Source: a virus (taxonomy: Duplodnaviria > Heunggongvirae > Uroviricota > Caudoviricetes). From it: a DNA stretch of 64,000 nucleotides. Of this stretch, positions 42,872 through 52,468 are shown piece after piece. Positions within the stretch are counted from its first letter, which is position 1, and each line of letters opens with the position of its first letter. The notes under the pieces are model-generated. The model was given only the letters and a program-made list of their open reading frames with translations, was not told the origin of the DNA and did no database searches. A program made the translations under genes and the position numbers. The DNA lies in the IMG/VR virus record IMGVR_UViG_3300042456_000759. One strand, 5' to 3'.

Positions 42872-43923
42872 AATTTTATATTTAAATATCCATTATTTTC
42901 ATGTAAAGAAATGTGATCATAAAATCCATTTTTCTTACAATATTCTATTTCTTTAATTAATTGTTTTACTCCTTTATAATCAGTATAACTATCTGAAAAA
43001 CCATTTAAACCTTTATCTATTATATCTTTACTACATATATAAAAATGTGGTAAATAAGTCAATGAACTATCACAAATTAAGAACATAAATCTATCATCAA
43101 CTGTATAATCAGTTAAATTATTATCAATAATATATTGAGATAATAAACTATGATATAAACTAGCTTGTAAATAATATCCCATTTTCTTAAAATTAAAAGA
43201 GAAATTAGTCATTTGCCAGGTTGTTTTTAAATCAATACCTAACACAGTTTTAGATGTATGATCAATTTTAATAATATCAATTAAACCTTTAACTTCTACT
43301 CCATCTATAATAGATACGATTGCAGTTTGATATTTTAATTCTATAGTTCTAGAAGGTATAAATAAATTATTAGTATATTTTCCATGAATTATATTATTAA
43401 CAATTTTTTCTGCTTTATCATATGTTCTTTGATCTATTGTAACTTTACCATATTCTTTAATAAGGTTGATATAATATAATTGTGGAGAGTTTCCATTTTT
43501 ATCTTCTATTTTAAAGTTTTCTACAAGATAATTAAAATCTTTTCCTTTGAATTTATTTGGATTTTTTTGTTTAAATACATCCCAGGTAAATTCTAATCTT
43601 TCTTTCATAGAAATTGTAATAGTTCCATCTTGATCAATATATCTTTGAGTTATTGCCCATAATTCATCAATGAATTCACCTAATTGTCCTATTGGTTTTT
43701 CACAAACAGTTATACTAAACTTTTCATTAAATCTTTCTTTTTCTAACAAAAGACAATCTACAAGCATTCCGATTTTAACAGAATCACTTAAAGTTTCATC
43801 TTCTTTTTGTTTTAGAATGTATTTATTATAATAACTATAAGGGTTTTCTGCAAAAAGTTTCAACCCTGAATAATTATATGCTTCATATTTTCTATAATCT
43901 ACTTCACAACACTCAATGATCAT
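42868..43923 (-). CDS. PD-(D/E)XK exonuclease (RecE/ExoVIII-like)
   Basis: YNYSGLK, GMLVDCLLLE, KGLIDII, IDLKTT and YYLQASLY motifs. Confidence 0.8.
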   Translation of the reverse strand: MIIECCEVDYRKYEAYNYSGLKLFAENPYSYYNKYILKQKEDETLSDSVKIGMLVDCLLLEKERFNEKFSITVCEKPIGQLGEFIDELWAITQRYIDQDGTITISMKERLEFTWDVFKQKNPNKFKGKDFNYLVENFKIEDKNGNSPQLYYINLIKEYGKVTIDQRTYDKAEKIVNNIIHGKYTNNLFIPSRTIELKYQTAIVSIIDGVEVKGLIDIIKIDHTSKTVLGIDLKTTWQMTNFSFNFKKMGYYLQASLYHSLLSQYIIDNNLTDYTVDDRFMFLICDSSLTYLPHFYICSKDIIDKGLNGFSDSYTDYKGVKQLIKEIEYCKKNGFYDHISLHENNGYLNIKL

Positions 43924-44038
43924 ATGCTAATTTTATATATTTTTCAATAATTGGAATTACAACTTCTACTTCTACTAAATTTAATACTTGATGGGAGTCT
44001 TTATCAACTAATATATATTGATTCATTTCCTCTCTCAT
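43913..44038 (-). CDS. Small hypothetical ORF (41 aa), below the ORF-track cutoff
   Basis: Read manually (MREEMNQY...); fills the gap and overlaps the exonuclease start. Confidence 0.3.
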   Translation of the reverse strand: MREEMNQYILVDKDSHQVLNLVEVEVVIPIIEKYIKLAYDH

Positions 44039-44043
44039 TTGTT

Positions 44044-44196
44044 TTAACAATTCTTCCATAATTCTTTAATTCTTTTAATTAATGCAGTTTTACTTAAATT
44101 TAATCCTTCTTCTTTTAAATATTTTTTAATATTCCAAAAATTTAAAGTTCCAATTCTTAATAATCTGTCTATTTTTTCATTTAAATAATCTTTCAT
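44044..44196 (-). CDS. Small basic hypothetical ORF (50 aa), below the ORF-track cutoff
   Basis: Read manually (MKDYLNEKIDRLL...); ATGA overlap with the upstream stop. Confidence 0.45.
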   Translation of the reverse strand: MKDYLNEKIDRLLRIGTLNFWNIKKYLKEEGLNLSKTALIKRIKELWKNC

Positions 44197-44585
44197 TTAA
44201 ACACATTTATAATATTTTGAGTCCCAACAGGATTCATACTATGAACAAACATTGTTGGTAATACTAAATTATTCTCTTTATATATTTCTTTTGTAAATAA
44301 AGCACAATCTAACCCTGTTTTTTCTTTAAAGTCTTCATATCCTATAATATCATTTCCATTACCTTGATGTTTATGATAATCTAACATATGTTCATCTGCT
44401 AAATCATGATCAAAAGAAATGACTTCTATTTCCTGAAAATGGTTTTTTAAAACATCACAAAATTCATCATAATTTCTAACAATAACCCAATCATCTTCAT
44501 AAAACTTTGCTAAATGTCCTATTCTTCTATGCATATAATCTATGCAATCTTTAGGATACCTAATATCATCTAAAAATAATTTCAT
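44193..44585 (-). CDS. Cyclic-phosphate-processing receiver-like (cREC) domain protein
   Basis: MKLFLDDIR, ISFDHDL, KTGLDCA and VHSMNPVG pattern. Start moved to the ATG in a TAATG overlap at 44585. Confidence 0.75.
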   Translation of the reverse strand: MKLFLDDIRYPKDCIDYMHRRIGHLAKFYEDDWVIVRNYDEFCDVLKNHFQEIEVISFDHDLADEHMLDYHKHQGNGNDIIGYEDFKEKTGLDCALFTKEIYKENNLVLPTMFVHSMNPVGTQNIINVFK

Positions 44586-44995
44586 TATGTTAATTCTTTT
44601 TGATTTGTACTTATTTTCTGACCAAAAAACCAAGGACTAATATATACTTCAGTTGTAATCTCTCCATCTGAGTTTAAATAATCATCTACATATGTAGCAG
44701 GTTGTTGTTCAAAACCTTCTCCTATACCATCAGACCATTGCCCTTGTGTATATTCTTCTAATGTTAGCAATTCTTCTTCTGTTAATTTACAATTACAATC
44801 ATAGACTGTTAATGTATATAATTTTCCATTTTCATAACTAAAACTCATATAACCTGAGTCTATTTTATCTTTAAATGTAAATTCATCATCAAAATATTCT
44901 GTGAAATCTTGTTCACATGATATTCCATGTAATTCTACTAAATGAGGGTAATCACATTTAGCTTCTCCTTTTATTATTACGGTTGTATTTTTCAT
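44585..44995 (-). CDS. Hypothetical acidic protein (136 aa)
   Basis: ORF containing GQWSDGIGEGFEQ; coupled to the neighbour. Confidence 0.6.
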   Translation of the reverse strand: MKNTTVIIKGEAKCDYPHLVELHGISCEQDFTEYFDDEFTFKDKIDSGYMSFSYENGKLYTLTVYDCNCKLTEEELLTLEEYTQGQWSDGIGEGFEQQPATYVDDYLNSDGEITTEVYISPWFFGQKISTNQKELT

Positions 44996-45119
44996 ATTAT
45001 TTTATTTAATCTATATCAAATCTATCTATGTTAATTACTACTAGAAATCATATACATAAATAGGTTGTTTTTCTCTACCGCTATAACCTCTACCTGGGTT
45101 TTTTATAATTCTAGCCATA

Positions 45120-45713
45120 TTAATGTCTATTTATTAATTTTTTATTTTTTAATTTTTCTTTTACTTCTTTATAAGAATAAGGTTTCCATTCTTTATATTC
45201 TTCATAATAGCAATCTATTCCTACTTCCATTGATTTATATTTATGGATTTCTTTCAATACAGCACATTCATAACCATGATTATGTCCATGTAACATAAAA
45301 CTACCATCTTTTTGATAATTCCAATGCATCATTGGATAATGAGAGCAAATTATATCTTGTTTATCAACTTGTATTTCAAGATAATATCCGTGATATAATA
45401 AATTTGAAGCTGTAACTTCTTTAAATTTATTAATATTACAATGATTTCCATATAATATTATTAAATTACAATTAATATTAGAACAAAAATCATTATAATC
45501 TTTATTACCCATTAATGTATCTCCTAATAATATTAATAAATCTGTAGGTTGACATACTTTATTAATATTATCAATAATAGTTCTATTCATATGAGATACA
45601 TTTTTGAAATCTCTACCAAATTTAATAATATTTTCATGATTTAAATGTAAATCAGAAGAAAAATAAACATTATTAAAATCTCCTATTGCTTTATTAAATA
45701 ATCTTATTTTCAT
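45120..45713 (-). CDS. Calcineurin-like metallophosphoesterase
   Basis: SDLHLNH, LGD, GNH, SHYP and HGHNH motifs. Likely start MKIRLF at 45713; the track start at 45794 overlaps the upstream gene. Confidence 0.85.
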   Translation of the reverse strand: MKIRLFNKAIGDFNNVYFSSDLHLNHENIIKFGRDFKNVSHMNRTIIDNINKVCQPTDLLILLGDTLMGNKDYNDFCSNINCNLIILYGNHCNINKFKEVTASNLLYHGYYLEIQVDKQDIICSHYPMMHWNYQKDGSFMLHGHNHGYECAVLKEIHKYKSMEVGIDCYYEEYKEWKPYSYKEVKEKLKNKKLINRH

Positions 45714-45741
45714 ATTTTTATACCTTCTAATATTTTTAAAT

Positions 45742-45969
45742 TCATTCCCATAATTTTTTATAAATTTCTTCTTCATTATATAATTCTGCTTCATTAGGAT
45801 TCTCTTCTACTATAAATTCATCAATAGAAAAACTATCATCTAAATAATTATCATCAGATATAGATAAAAATTCTTTTAATGCTAAAGTACATGCTTCATT
45901 TATATTAGAAGCTTGAACTGTTATTCTACAGTAAGATTCCCATCTGATTGGGACTGAGTATTCTTTCAT
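45742..45969 (-). CDS. Hypothetical protein (75 aa)
   Basis: ORF with ATGA overlap to the helicase stop. Confidence 0.55.
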   Translation of the reverse strand: MKEYSVPIRWESYCRITVQASNINEACTLALKEFLSISDDNYLDDSFSIDEFIVEENPNEAELYNEEEIYKKLWE

Positions 45970-46868
45970 TTTGTTAAAAATTTATCAAAATAGAATATAT
46001 CTTGATCATTCATATCAGTATATCTATTTGTTAATCTATTAAATTTAAATTTCATTTCTTGTGGTATTCCTACCAATTTTTGTTTTTTAATCTTTTGAGA
46101 ACCAAATAATACAGTATCATCCATTTTATCTTTAGCATATAGAGGTCTTTGTACAAAAACAAGATTATCTGCTCCATCATTCCACGATCCACCTCCTTTA
46201 ACATTATACATATTAGGTTTTGGATAACATCCTGTACTTTCTATAATTTTAGGAGTATTTTGATGCATGACCATATGCATAGATACATTGTGTCTTCTAG
46301 CAAAGTCTACTAAAAGAGTACCAATGTATCCTGCATAACGATCATCTCTATCAGGAGCTTTATCTGAAGGAGTAAATTTTAAAATAGGATCTATTATACA
46401 AGCATATATTTCTTCTTTTTTAATTAATTCTTCCATTTGTAAAATAACATTTTCAATAGTATTAAATGGAGGTTTAATATATAAAAAGTAAAATTTATCT
46501 TTAATTAAATCAAAACATTTATCATAAAGTTCCTTAGATATATAGTTTTTTCTATCCTTATCTGTAGATCCGCCTGAAATGGTATGTATCATATCATCAA
46601 AAAATTCTTCAGGAGGGTAATCTTCGGGTGAAGAAAAAATAAATTTCTTACCCTCCTCAAGTGCTTTTATTAGACATAATTGTTTTAACATTAAGCTTTT
46701 TCCTTCATTTGCATATCCAGTCCATATATTAAACTCTTGTAATCTCCAAGTCCATGCTTCATCAATATTTTTATTATAGGTTGTAGTACCTTTGACTTTT
46801 CCTTTTTGATATTGATGAATCATTTTATCATAACAATGTCCAGGTTGATATATTTCTATTTTACTCAT
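45966..46868 (-). CDS. SF4 (DnaB/Twinkle-like) replicative helicase
   Basis: Walker A WTGYANEGKS, Walker B CIIDP, H-Q motif (VMHQ), GGGSW..GADN, KIKKQ. Confidence 0.8.
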   Translation of the reverse strand: MSKIEIYQPGHCYDKMIHQYQKGKVKGTTTYNKNIDEAWTWRLQEFNIWTGYANEGKSLMLKQLCLIKALEEGKKFIFSSPEDYPPEEFFDDMIHTISGGSTDKDRKNYISKELYDKCFDLIKDKFYFLYIKPPFNTIENVILQMEELIKKEEIYACIIDPILKFTPSDKAPDRDDRYAGYIGTLLVDFARRHNVSMHMVMHQNTPKIIESTGCYPKPNMYNVKGGGSWNDGADNLVFVQRPLYAKDKMDDTVLFGSQKIKKQKLVGIPQEMKFKFNRLTNRYTDMNDQDIFYFDKFLTK

Positions 46869-47911
46869 CCAAATAAATCTTTATTTTTTATAACTTCTTT
46901 AATTCTCTCATTCATATTATCTTCTTCAAAAGATTGATAATCTGTAGCTAATTGACTTCCTCTTTCTTTATGTAATATATAATAATGTAATAATGGAGGT
47001 TGTAATTTATCTAAATGATTTTTTAGACATTTTTCAACTTTATTCATATCTGTTAAATTATATTGTTTACATGCTTTTTTTAATTTAGCTGCAAAATCCT
47101 TTTCATTAGGTAATATAGAAAATTTAGTTCCTAAAATATCAATTCTATATTGTTTTTTACCTGTTTTTTCTTCTAAATATGATTCTAATCTTTGATGTAA
47201 AGATTTAAAATCATAATCTTCTTTATAATGTAAAGCTTGTAAGCCTGTTATTGCTGGAGCTGTAATTTCAAAACTATGCTTTAATACTTTTTCATATACA
47301 ATTTTATCATATTTAGAAGCTTTATTTAATTGTTCTAAAATCCATTCTTCATTGTATCCAAGTATTTTCATGTTTGATATTTTATCCAAATCTAAGACTT
47401 CTTCTTCTTTTAAATACGCTTTCCAATATATATTTCTTTTTCTAACATCTTCTCCTATATAAAGTTCTAATAAATTAGCTAATTTATCAGATTTAGTAAT
47501 GATAGAATTATGGATATTAGCACCTTGATTCCATCTAGATTCATTAAATAAAGAATCTTTAAAATCATAATAATTACTTTGTTGTAATGATTGCCATTCA
47601 TCTCCACTCATATAACTCCATTTATTCATTACTACTACTATATAATAACCAACATGTATAGTATCTTCATGTTCATCCAAACTCTCAAAATGTTTTTCTA
47701 TTAATTTTTCACATTCTGGAGAGTATTTAAATACATGAAATACATAATCATCAGTTAAATTACCAGATTTTTCTACATAAGCTGTACATTGACTATAAGA
47801 ATTCTTATAATATTTCTCAAAATCATAATATAACAATCTATGTTTTAATATCATAGTAAATAAAGATGTTACATTGTAACTCATTAATTTATGTAATTCA
47901 TCTAATGTCAT
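46865..47911 (-). CDS. Hypothetical protein (348 aa), possibly replication-associated
   Basis: Long ORF coupled directly upstream of the helicase; no motif recognised. Confidence 0.55.
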   Translation of the reverse strand: MTLDELHKLMSYNVTSLFTMILKHRLLYYDFEKYYKNSYSQCTAYVEKSGNLTDDYVFHVFKYSPECEKLIEKHFESLDEHEDTIHVGYYIVVVMNKWSYMSGDEWQSLQQSNYYDFKDSLFNESRWNQGANIHNSIITKSDKLANLLELYIGEDVRKRNIYWKAYLKEEEVLDLDKISNMKILGYNEEWILEQLNKASKYDKIVYEKVLKHSFEITAPAITGLQALHYKEDYDFKSLHQRLESYLEEKTGKKQYRIDILGTKFSILPNEKDFAAKLKKACKQYNLTDMNKVEKCLKNHLDKLQPPLLHYYILHKERGSQLATDYQSFEEDNMNERIKEVIKNKDLFG

Positions 47912-48330
47912 TCTATAAAATCTTTTTTAAATATCCTACCTAATATATTCCCATTATATGATAATTTATCAGGAAATCCACTTTTAAATATATAATAAAG
48001 TTCCCAAGCAGTAGCTTGTTTTTTACCTTTAACATACTTAAGAATCTCTCTTTTAAACTTATCTTTTCCCCGCTTTAAAATATCATTTTTTAATTCTATT
48101 GAACTTCCATAATAATCTTTCCAATCACTTTCTTTAACAATATGTTCATATATTTTTCTAGTATTTAATTCAAGTCTTCTTTTTTTACTTAATTTAACTC
48201 GTTTTTTATTGAAAAATATCTTTTTACCAACATACCATTGTCCTGTATCTATATTAGTAATAATATAAATAAAATGATCGTAATCTTTTGGAATATTCTT
48301 AACTTCTTTATTTTTATAACGCCAATTCAT
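47908..48330 (-). CDS. Free-standing GIY-YIG-like endonuclease
   Basis: FIYIITN...WYVGKK, WKDYYGSS, FKREIL and YNGNI (Seg-like pattern). Confidence 0.75.
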   Translation of the reverse strand: MNWRYKNKEVKNIPKDYDHFIYIITNIDTGQWYVGKKIFFNKKRVKLSKKRRLELNTRKIYEHIVKESDWKDYYGSSIELKNDILKRGKDKFKREILKYVKGKKQATAWELYYIFKSGFPDKLSYNGNILGRIFKKDFIE

Positions 48331-48721
48331 CTAAAATAGATCTTATTTCTTTTTCTGTATCAGACATTTCTTCTTTTTTTTCATACATAGTAATCATATC
48401 TAACATCTGATCTATAGCAGATATATTAGAATATCTTATTTTTTCAGATTGTAAATAGTTTGTATTTTGTCCATTATAACAAGCTCCACGATCTCTAATT
48501 GATACAAATCTAAATCTTTTCTTTTTTAAATTATTTTCTAAAACCTCTCTCCAATACTTTATCTGTGTTTCTGAATAAGGAGTTCCAAATAATTTATCAT
48601 ATCTATTTCTATCTTCTTCTATATATGCAATAAACTTATCTAATTCTGACATATTGCTAAATTTAATAGCATTATTATAATTATCTTTAAAATGTTTATC
48701 TTTTATTTCTGTTATTAACAT
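48314..48721 (-). CDS. Hypothetical protein (135 aa)
   Basis: ORF track; fits the operon. Confidence 0.5.
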   Translation of the reverse strand: MLITEIKDKHFKDNYNNAIKFSNMSELDKFIAYIEEDRNRYDKLFGTPYSETQIKYWREVLENNLKKKRFRFVSIRDRGACYNGQNTNYLQSEKIRYSNISAIDQMLDMITMYEKKEEMSDTEKEIRSILDELAL

Positions 48722-48726
48722 ATTAA

Positions 48727-48927
48727 TTATTTTACGTTTTCTAAAAATGTAAATACTTGTATTTCTACTTTTAATTTCTGTATTTCATCATCTTTTTCTT
48801 CTATTTTGTTTTCTAACTCTCTAATTGCTTGAGTTAACTCATCAATTATGTCATTCTTAGTTTCTATTTCTGCAACTAAGTCATTAACATTTCCTATAAT
48901 TACATCTCTTATTTTATCTGGATTCAT
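48727..48927 (-). CDS. Small coiled-coil protein (66 aa)
   Basis: Heptad-like I/L/E/K pattern. Confidence 0.55.
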   Translation of the reverse strand: MNPDKIRDVIIGNVNDLVAEIETKNDIIDELTQAIRELENKIEEKDDEIQKLKVEIQVFTFLENVK

Positions 48928-49165
48928 AATTTTCTATTATTTTTAACATATTATCAATTAACTCTGGGTCTTTTATTACATTTTCTATTTGATAATAATT
49001 CATATATCCAGTATCCCATTCAATTCCAACCCAATCTTGAGTTTCCTTATATGGCTCTTCTACTATAGTTCCTATTGAGTAACAATCATTTTTAACATCA
49101 TATGATTGTTCATAATACTGACAATTAGGTTTTAATGTAACTCTATCTCCTATTTTTAATTTCAT
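48914..49165 (-). CDS. Small SH3/KOW-like protein (83 aa)
   Basis: LKIGDRVTL...GTIV...VGIEWDTG. Confidence 0.5.
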   Translation of the reverse strand: MKLKIGDRVTLKPNCQYYEQSYDVKNDCYSIGTIVEEPYKETQDWVGIEWDTGYMNYYQIENVIKDPELIDNMLKIIENYESR

Positions 49166-50139
49166 AATTTCTTTCTTTTAAACATGCTTTCTAATTGTTT
49201 ATAATTAAATCCGTTATTTAAATAATCAGCAAAATCTTCAATATTATAAAGATCATATAAATCATTAGGAATATTAAACCAACCCCAATTAGTTTGATTT
49301 GTTATGTTTATACTTTTTCTTTTTCCATCAGGATCTGTTCCATAACACATTATAGGTTTTTTAAATATTTTCTCTATATTTTGAACATTATTATGTAATA
49401 AAATAACATCTGATTCATTATTTGTAGCTATAGCAGGTCTACCTGTTTTTTGAACAATAAGAGCATCTTTAACACTTTTTACTACAAATCCTACATCTTT
49501 AGGATATAAGTTAACATAATCATTATAATACCATAAATAAGAATTAGGAGCGTTATTTCTCCATTTATCTTTGCTATCTATTTCAGGCCCTAATCTTAAT
49601 ATTTTACATTTATCAATATCAGCAGCATAATAAGCAAATACATATTCATCTTGAGTAAATTGTATTATTTTTTTATTATGACCATAACCCATTGCCCATG
49701 ATTTAACAGCAAATACATTTTTCTTTTCTAAGAAAGACTTATCCATTTCTAATTTAGCATAATATTCTATATGTTTATCTGTAAAAGGTCCATCTACAAA
49801 ATCTATTTCTAAAGGCTTTATAATTTTAGGTTTTTTAATATTAATTTTTTGAGATTCTAAACCTTTATCTTTTTTTAAAACATTTAAAGCTTCTATAAAA
49901 TTAATATTCTCCTTTTTCATTACAAAGTCTATAACTCCTGATCCTTTTATTTGACAAGCATAACATTGAAATGTATTGTTTTTAACAGAAAATGAAGGAT
50001 TACTTTCATTATGAAATGGACATGATCCTATATAATAATGACCTTGCTTTTTTAAAGATGTATATCTAGATATATATTCAATAATATCAAATTTATTTTC
50101 TATATCTTTCCAATCTAATTCTCGGTTTAATCTACTCAT
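49162..50139 (-). CDS. dnaG: DNA primase (CHC2 zinc finger + TOPRIM-like)
   Basis: CPFH...FQCYAC zinc finger; VVKSVKDAL and GTDPDG TOPRIM-like motifs. Confidence 0.8.
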   Translation of the reverse strand: MSRLNRELDWKDIENKFDIIEYISRYTSLKKQGHYYIGSCPFHNESNPSFSVKNNTFQCYACQIKGSGVIDFVMKKENINFIEALNVLKKDKGLESQKINIKKPKIIKPLEIDFVDGPFTDKHIEYYAKLEMDKSFLEKKNVFAVKSWAMGYGHNKKIIQFTQDEYVFAYYAADIDKCKILRLGPEIDSKDKWRNNAPNSYLWYYNDYVNLYPKDVGFVVKSVKDALIVQKTGRPAIATNNESDVILLHNNVQNIEKIFKKPIMCYGTDPDGKRKSINITNQTNWGWFNIPNDLYDLYNIEDFADYLNNGFNYKQLESMFKRKKL

Positions 50140-50157
50140 ATTATTTTATATAAATAT

Positions 50158-50186
50158 AAAAAAAAGACCTGAATTTATCAGGTCTT
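50158..50186 (-). terminator. Intrinsic terminator after the SSB-like gene
   Basis: On the - strand: aagacctga-taaat-tcaggtctt followed by a U-tract. Confidence 0.8.
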
Positions 50187-50210
50187 AAAACAAATACAAA
50201 TCAAAACAAA

Positions 50211-50969
50211 TTAAAACGGCAATTCTTCATTGTAAGAAGCTTCTTTTGTTTCTACTTTTTCAGGATTAGAGGTAATTTCTTTACTAATTACTCTATTTAA
50301 GAAATAGTCATCAACTTTAATAGCTAAAGCATTAAATTCTTCATTTTGTTCTTGGTCCATAGCTTCATAATCAAATTCAGGTACAGTAAAATTAACTGCT
50401 CCATTTTTCTTAGATTTAGATCCATTAACAATTATAAAATTATCATAAATAGCTTGTCTACCTTTTGCTTTAGACAAATTATTCATAAAATTAATCCATC
50501 CATCTGTTTCTTGACCAGGAAACGTCACACCTGTTTTTTTATCTTTTAAAATCCCACCAGTTAATGCAGATTTATTTAACATAATTCTACATATTTCCCA
50601 TCCAGAACCAAAATTTGCAGCAGCATATAATATTTGAGTATAATTAGCTGATTTAAATGCAGGACTATCTTTTACATTTTTCCATTCTGATTTTTTAAAT
50701 TCACCTAATATTGATTCTCCTGATTTAACAATTACCATTTCATTAGCATCTTTCACTTCATTTGACCAAATAGCTGTATTTGATTCTTCATCAAATCCAT
50801 TAAATGATACATACTTTTCTTCCAAAATAGCAAATTTAAAAGGTAAATCTACTGTTACATTCTGTTCTAAAGTTTTATCCCAATATTGGAATGAACCTTC
50901 AGATGATTTCCATTTTAAAAGTTTCTTTGCAGGATTTTCTGCAATTTCAATTCTTGTTGTTCTTGACAT
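50211..50969 (-). CDS. Putative single-stranded DNA-binding protein
   Basis: Beta-rich body with acidic tail ending EELPF, typical of SSB C-termini; next to the primase. Confidence 0.55.
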   Translation of the reverse strand: MSRTTRIEIAENPAKKLLKWKSSEGSFQYWDKTLEQNVTVDLPFKFAILEEKYVSFNGFDEESNTAIWSNEVKDANEMVIVKSGESILGEFKKSEWKNVKDSPAFKSANYTQILYAAANFGSGWEICRIMLNKSALTGGILKDKKTGVTFPGQETDGWINFMNNLSKAKGRQAIYDNFIIVNGSKSKKNGAVNFTVPEFDYEAMDQEQNEEFNALAIKVDDYFLNRVISKEITSNPEKVETKEASYNEELPF

Positions 50970-50989
50970 TATTATTTATTTTTAGATTA

Positions 50990-51000
50990 CAAATATACAA
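50990..51000 (-). promoter_or_regulatory. Bacteroidota-type promoter element TTGTATATTTG
   Basis: Contains TAnnTTTG; identical 11-mer at 52093-52103; about 20 nt upstream of the SSB-like ATG. Confidence 0.65.
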
Positions 51001-51002
51001 CA

Positions 51003-52088
51003 TTATTTAGATTCAATATAATTTACTTTACTCAAATTCATCATTTTAAGAGCATTTTGCAATTTCTTAACTTCAGCAGGTTCTGTTAAACATATAATAT
51101 GTATATCAGCTACTTTATTTTTAAAATCCATGATTTGTGCTCTTGCAATAACTTGTGATAACTCACTTTCATTATGCGTAAATCCATTTAATATAATAGA
51201 ATCTAAATAATTAAATGTAACTCCAGATTTAGCCATATTTACTAAAGCTAAATGATTAATAACTTTATGTTGAAATTTCTTAAATCCAGAGTCACTCACT
51301 TTACTGTGATACGAATCAATCCCTAAACTATCAGCAACTTTAGCTAATCCATTAAAAACCAAGACTCTTTTATCTTTCATCTGTTTTAATAAATCTTTAA
51401 CATAATTAATTTTAGAAATTGAATTTTGAGATATTCTATTTCTTTGTAAAGATAAAAACATAAAGTCTTTTTTTTGTCTTTTTAAATTTTCTATTACTGC
51501 TGAATAAGCATCATAATGATTTTTCTCACTTCTCATGACACCATTTTTAGCTTTAGTTTTAAATTTCGTATCTAATTTAACATAATGTACAGTTATTTGA
51601 TAATCAGCTATAATTTCATCATTAATTGCTGATTCTACACTATACTCATATGTTATAACCATACCTAGATATATTGATAATCTTTCATATGTTTTTTGTG
51701 ATATTGTACCTGATGGCATTAATATTTTAGAACATTTATCTTTTAATAAAACAACTTGTTCTAATTCAAAATCACTCAAAAATTGACATTCATCAATTAC
51801 CAATATATCATAACTCTCATTAACATATTTTTTTAAACTAGAAAAATTACAAAATGTAATATTTTCATTTTTATAATCCCATTTATCCATTTCAAATTCC
51901 CAACTTTCTTTAATTTTATTATCAGGATAAGAAATCAATATTTTAGGTTTATTTTTTAACGTTTTAAAATAATTTATTAATGCTTTTGTTTTACCAAGTC
52001 TCATTGAGACATGAATACCTAAAACTTTATTACTATCCTCTTGAATAGCTTTTACTATATTATTTTGTATTACTTCACGTTTTGTCAT
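51003..52088 (-). CDS. SF2 helicase-like protein
   Basis: SMRLGKT (degenerate Walker A), LVIDECQ (DExx), SGT, GVTF and QVIARA. Start placed at MTKREV because the track's ATG lies inside the promoter box. Confidence 0.7.
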   Translation of the reverse strand: MTKREVIQNNIVKAIQEDSNKVLGIHVSMRLGKTKALINYFKTLKNKPKILISYPDNKIKESWEFEMDKWDYKNENITFCNFSSLKKYVNESYDILVIDECQFLSDFELEQVVLLKDKCSKILMPSGTISQKTYERLSIYLGMVITYEYSVESAINDEIIADYQITVHYVKLDTKFKTKAKNGVMRSEKNHYDAYSAVIENLKRQKKDFMFLSLQRNRISQNSISKINYVKDLLKQMKDKRVLVFNGLAKVADSLGIDSYHSKVSDSGFKKFQHKVINHLALVNMAKSGVTFNYLDSIILNGFTHNESELSQVIARAQIMDFKNKVADIHIICLTEPAEVKKLQNALKMMNLSKVNYIESK

Positions 52089-52092
52089 AAAG

Positions 52093-52103
52093 CAAATATA
52101 CAA
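52093..52103 (-). promoter_or_regulatory. Bacteroidota-type promoter element TTGTATATTTG
   Basis: TTTTGTATATTTGC on the - strand immediately before the helicase-like gene; same 11-mer as 50990-51000. Confidence 0.65.
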
Positions 52104-52105
52104 AA

Positions 52106-52468
52106 TTATTCGTAAACTGTAATAGTTTTTTGTTTAGGAGATACTTCTCTTAAACAATCTTCATAAGGATCAAAATCAGTTCCACTATAACTTTGATAAT
52201 ATCCACTTATTTTAAAATACTGATTAGTTTTCTCCATATGTTTAATAGAAAACCAATTAGAACCGCCTTCTTCTCCACCAATTTGTTCAATTTCTCTTAT
52301 AGGACCAAATCCTAACTTATTCTGATCATAATTTTCATAAGCAAAATTTCCTGGTGTTATCTTAAGTTCTCTTAATTTAGCTATCAATTGTTCTCGTGTA
52401 ATTTGAACAGTCTTAATATCTTGGATGTCTTGAATTAAATCTTTTAATTCATTTAAATCTTTATTCAT
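52106..52468 (-). CDS. Hypothetical phage protein, paralog 1 of a tandem trio
   Basis: GGEEGGSNWF...YYQSYSG...EVSPKQKTITVYE. Confidence 0.65.
   Translation of the reverse strand: MNKDLNELKDLIQDIQDIKTVQITREQLIAKLRELKITPGNFAYENYDQNKLGFGPIREIEQIGGEEGGSNWFSIKHMEKTNQYFKISGYYQSYSGTDFDPYEDCLREVSPKQKTITVYE

Noticed and set aside
45041-45118. 25-codon ORF MARIIKNPGRGYSGREKQPIYVYDF followed by TAG TAG TAA, reminiscent of a NUMOD1 start
   Set aside because: Too short to support; it may be a homing-endonuclease remnant or chance. Reading TAG as Gln does not extend it.
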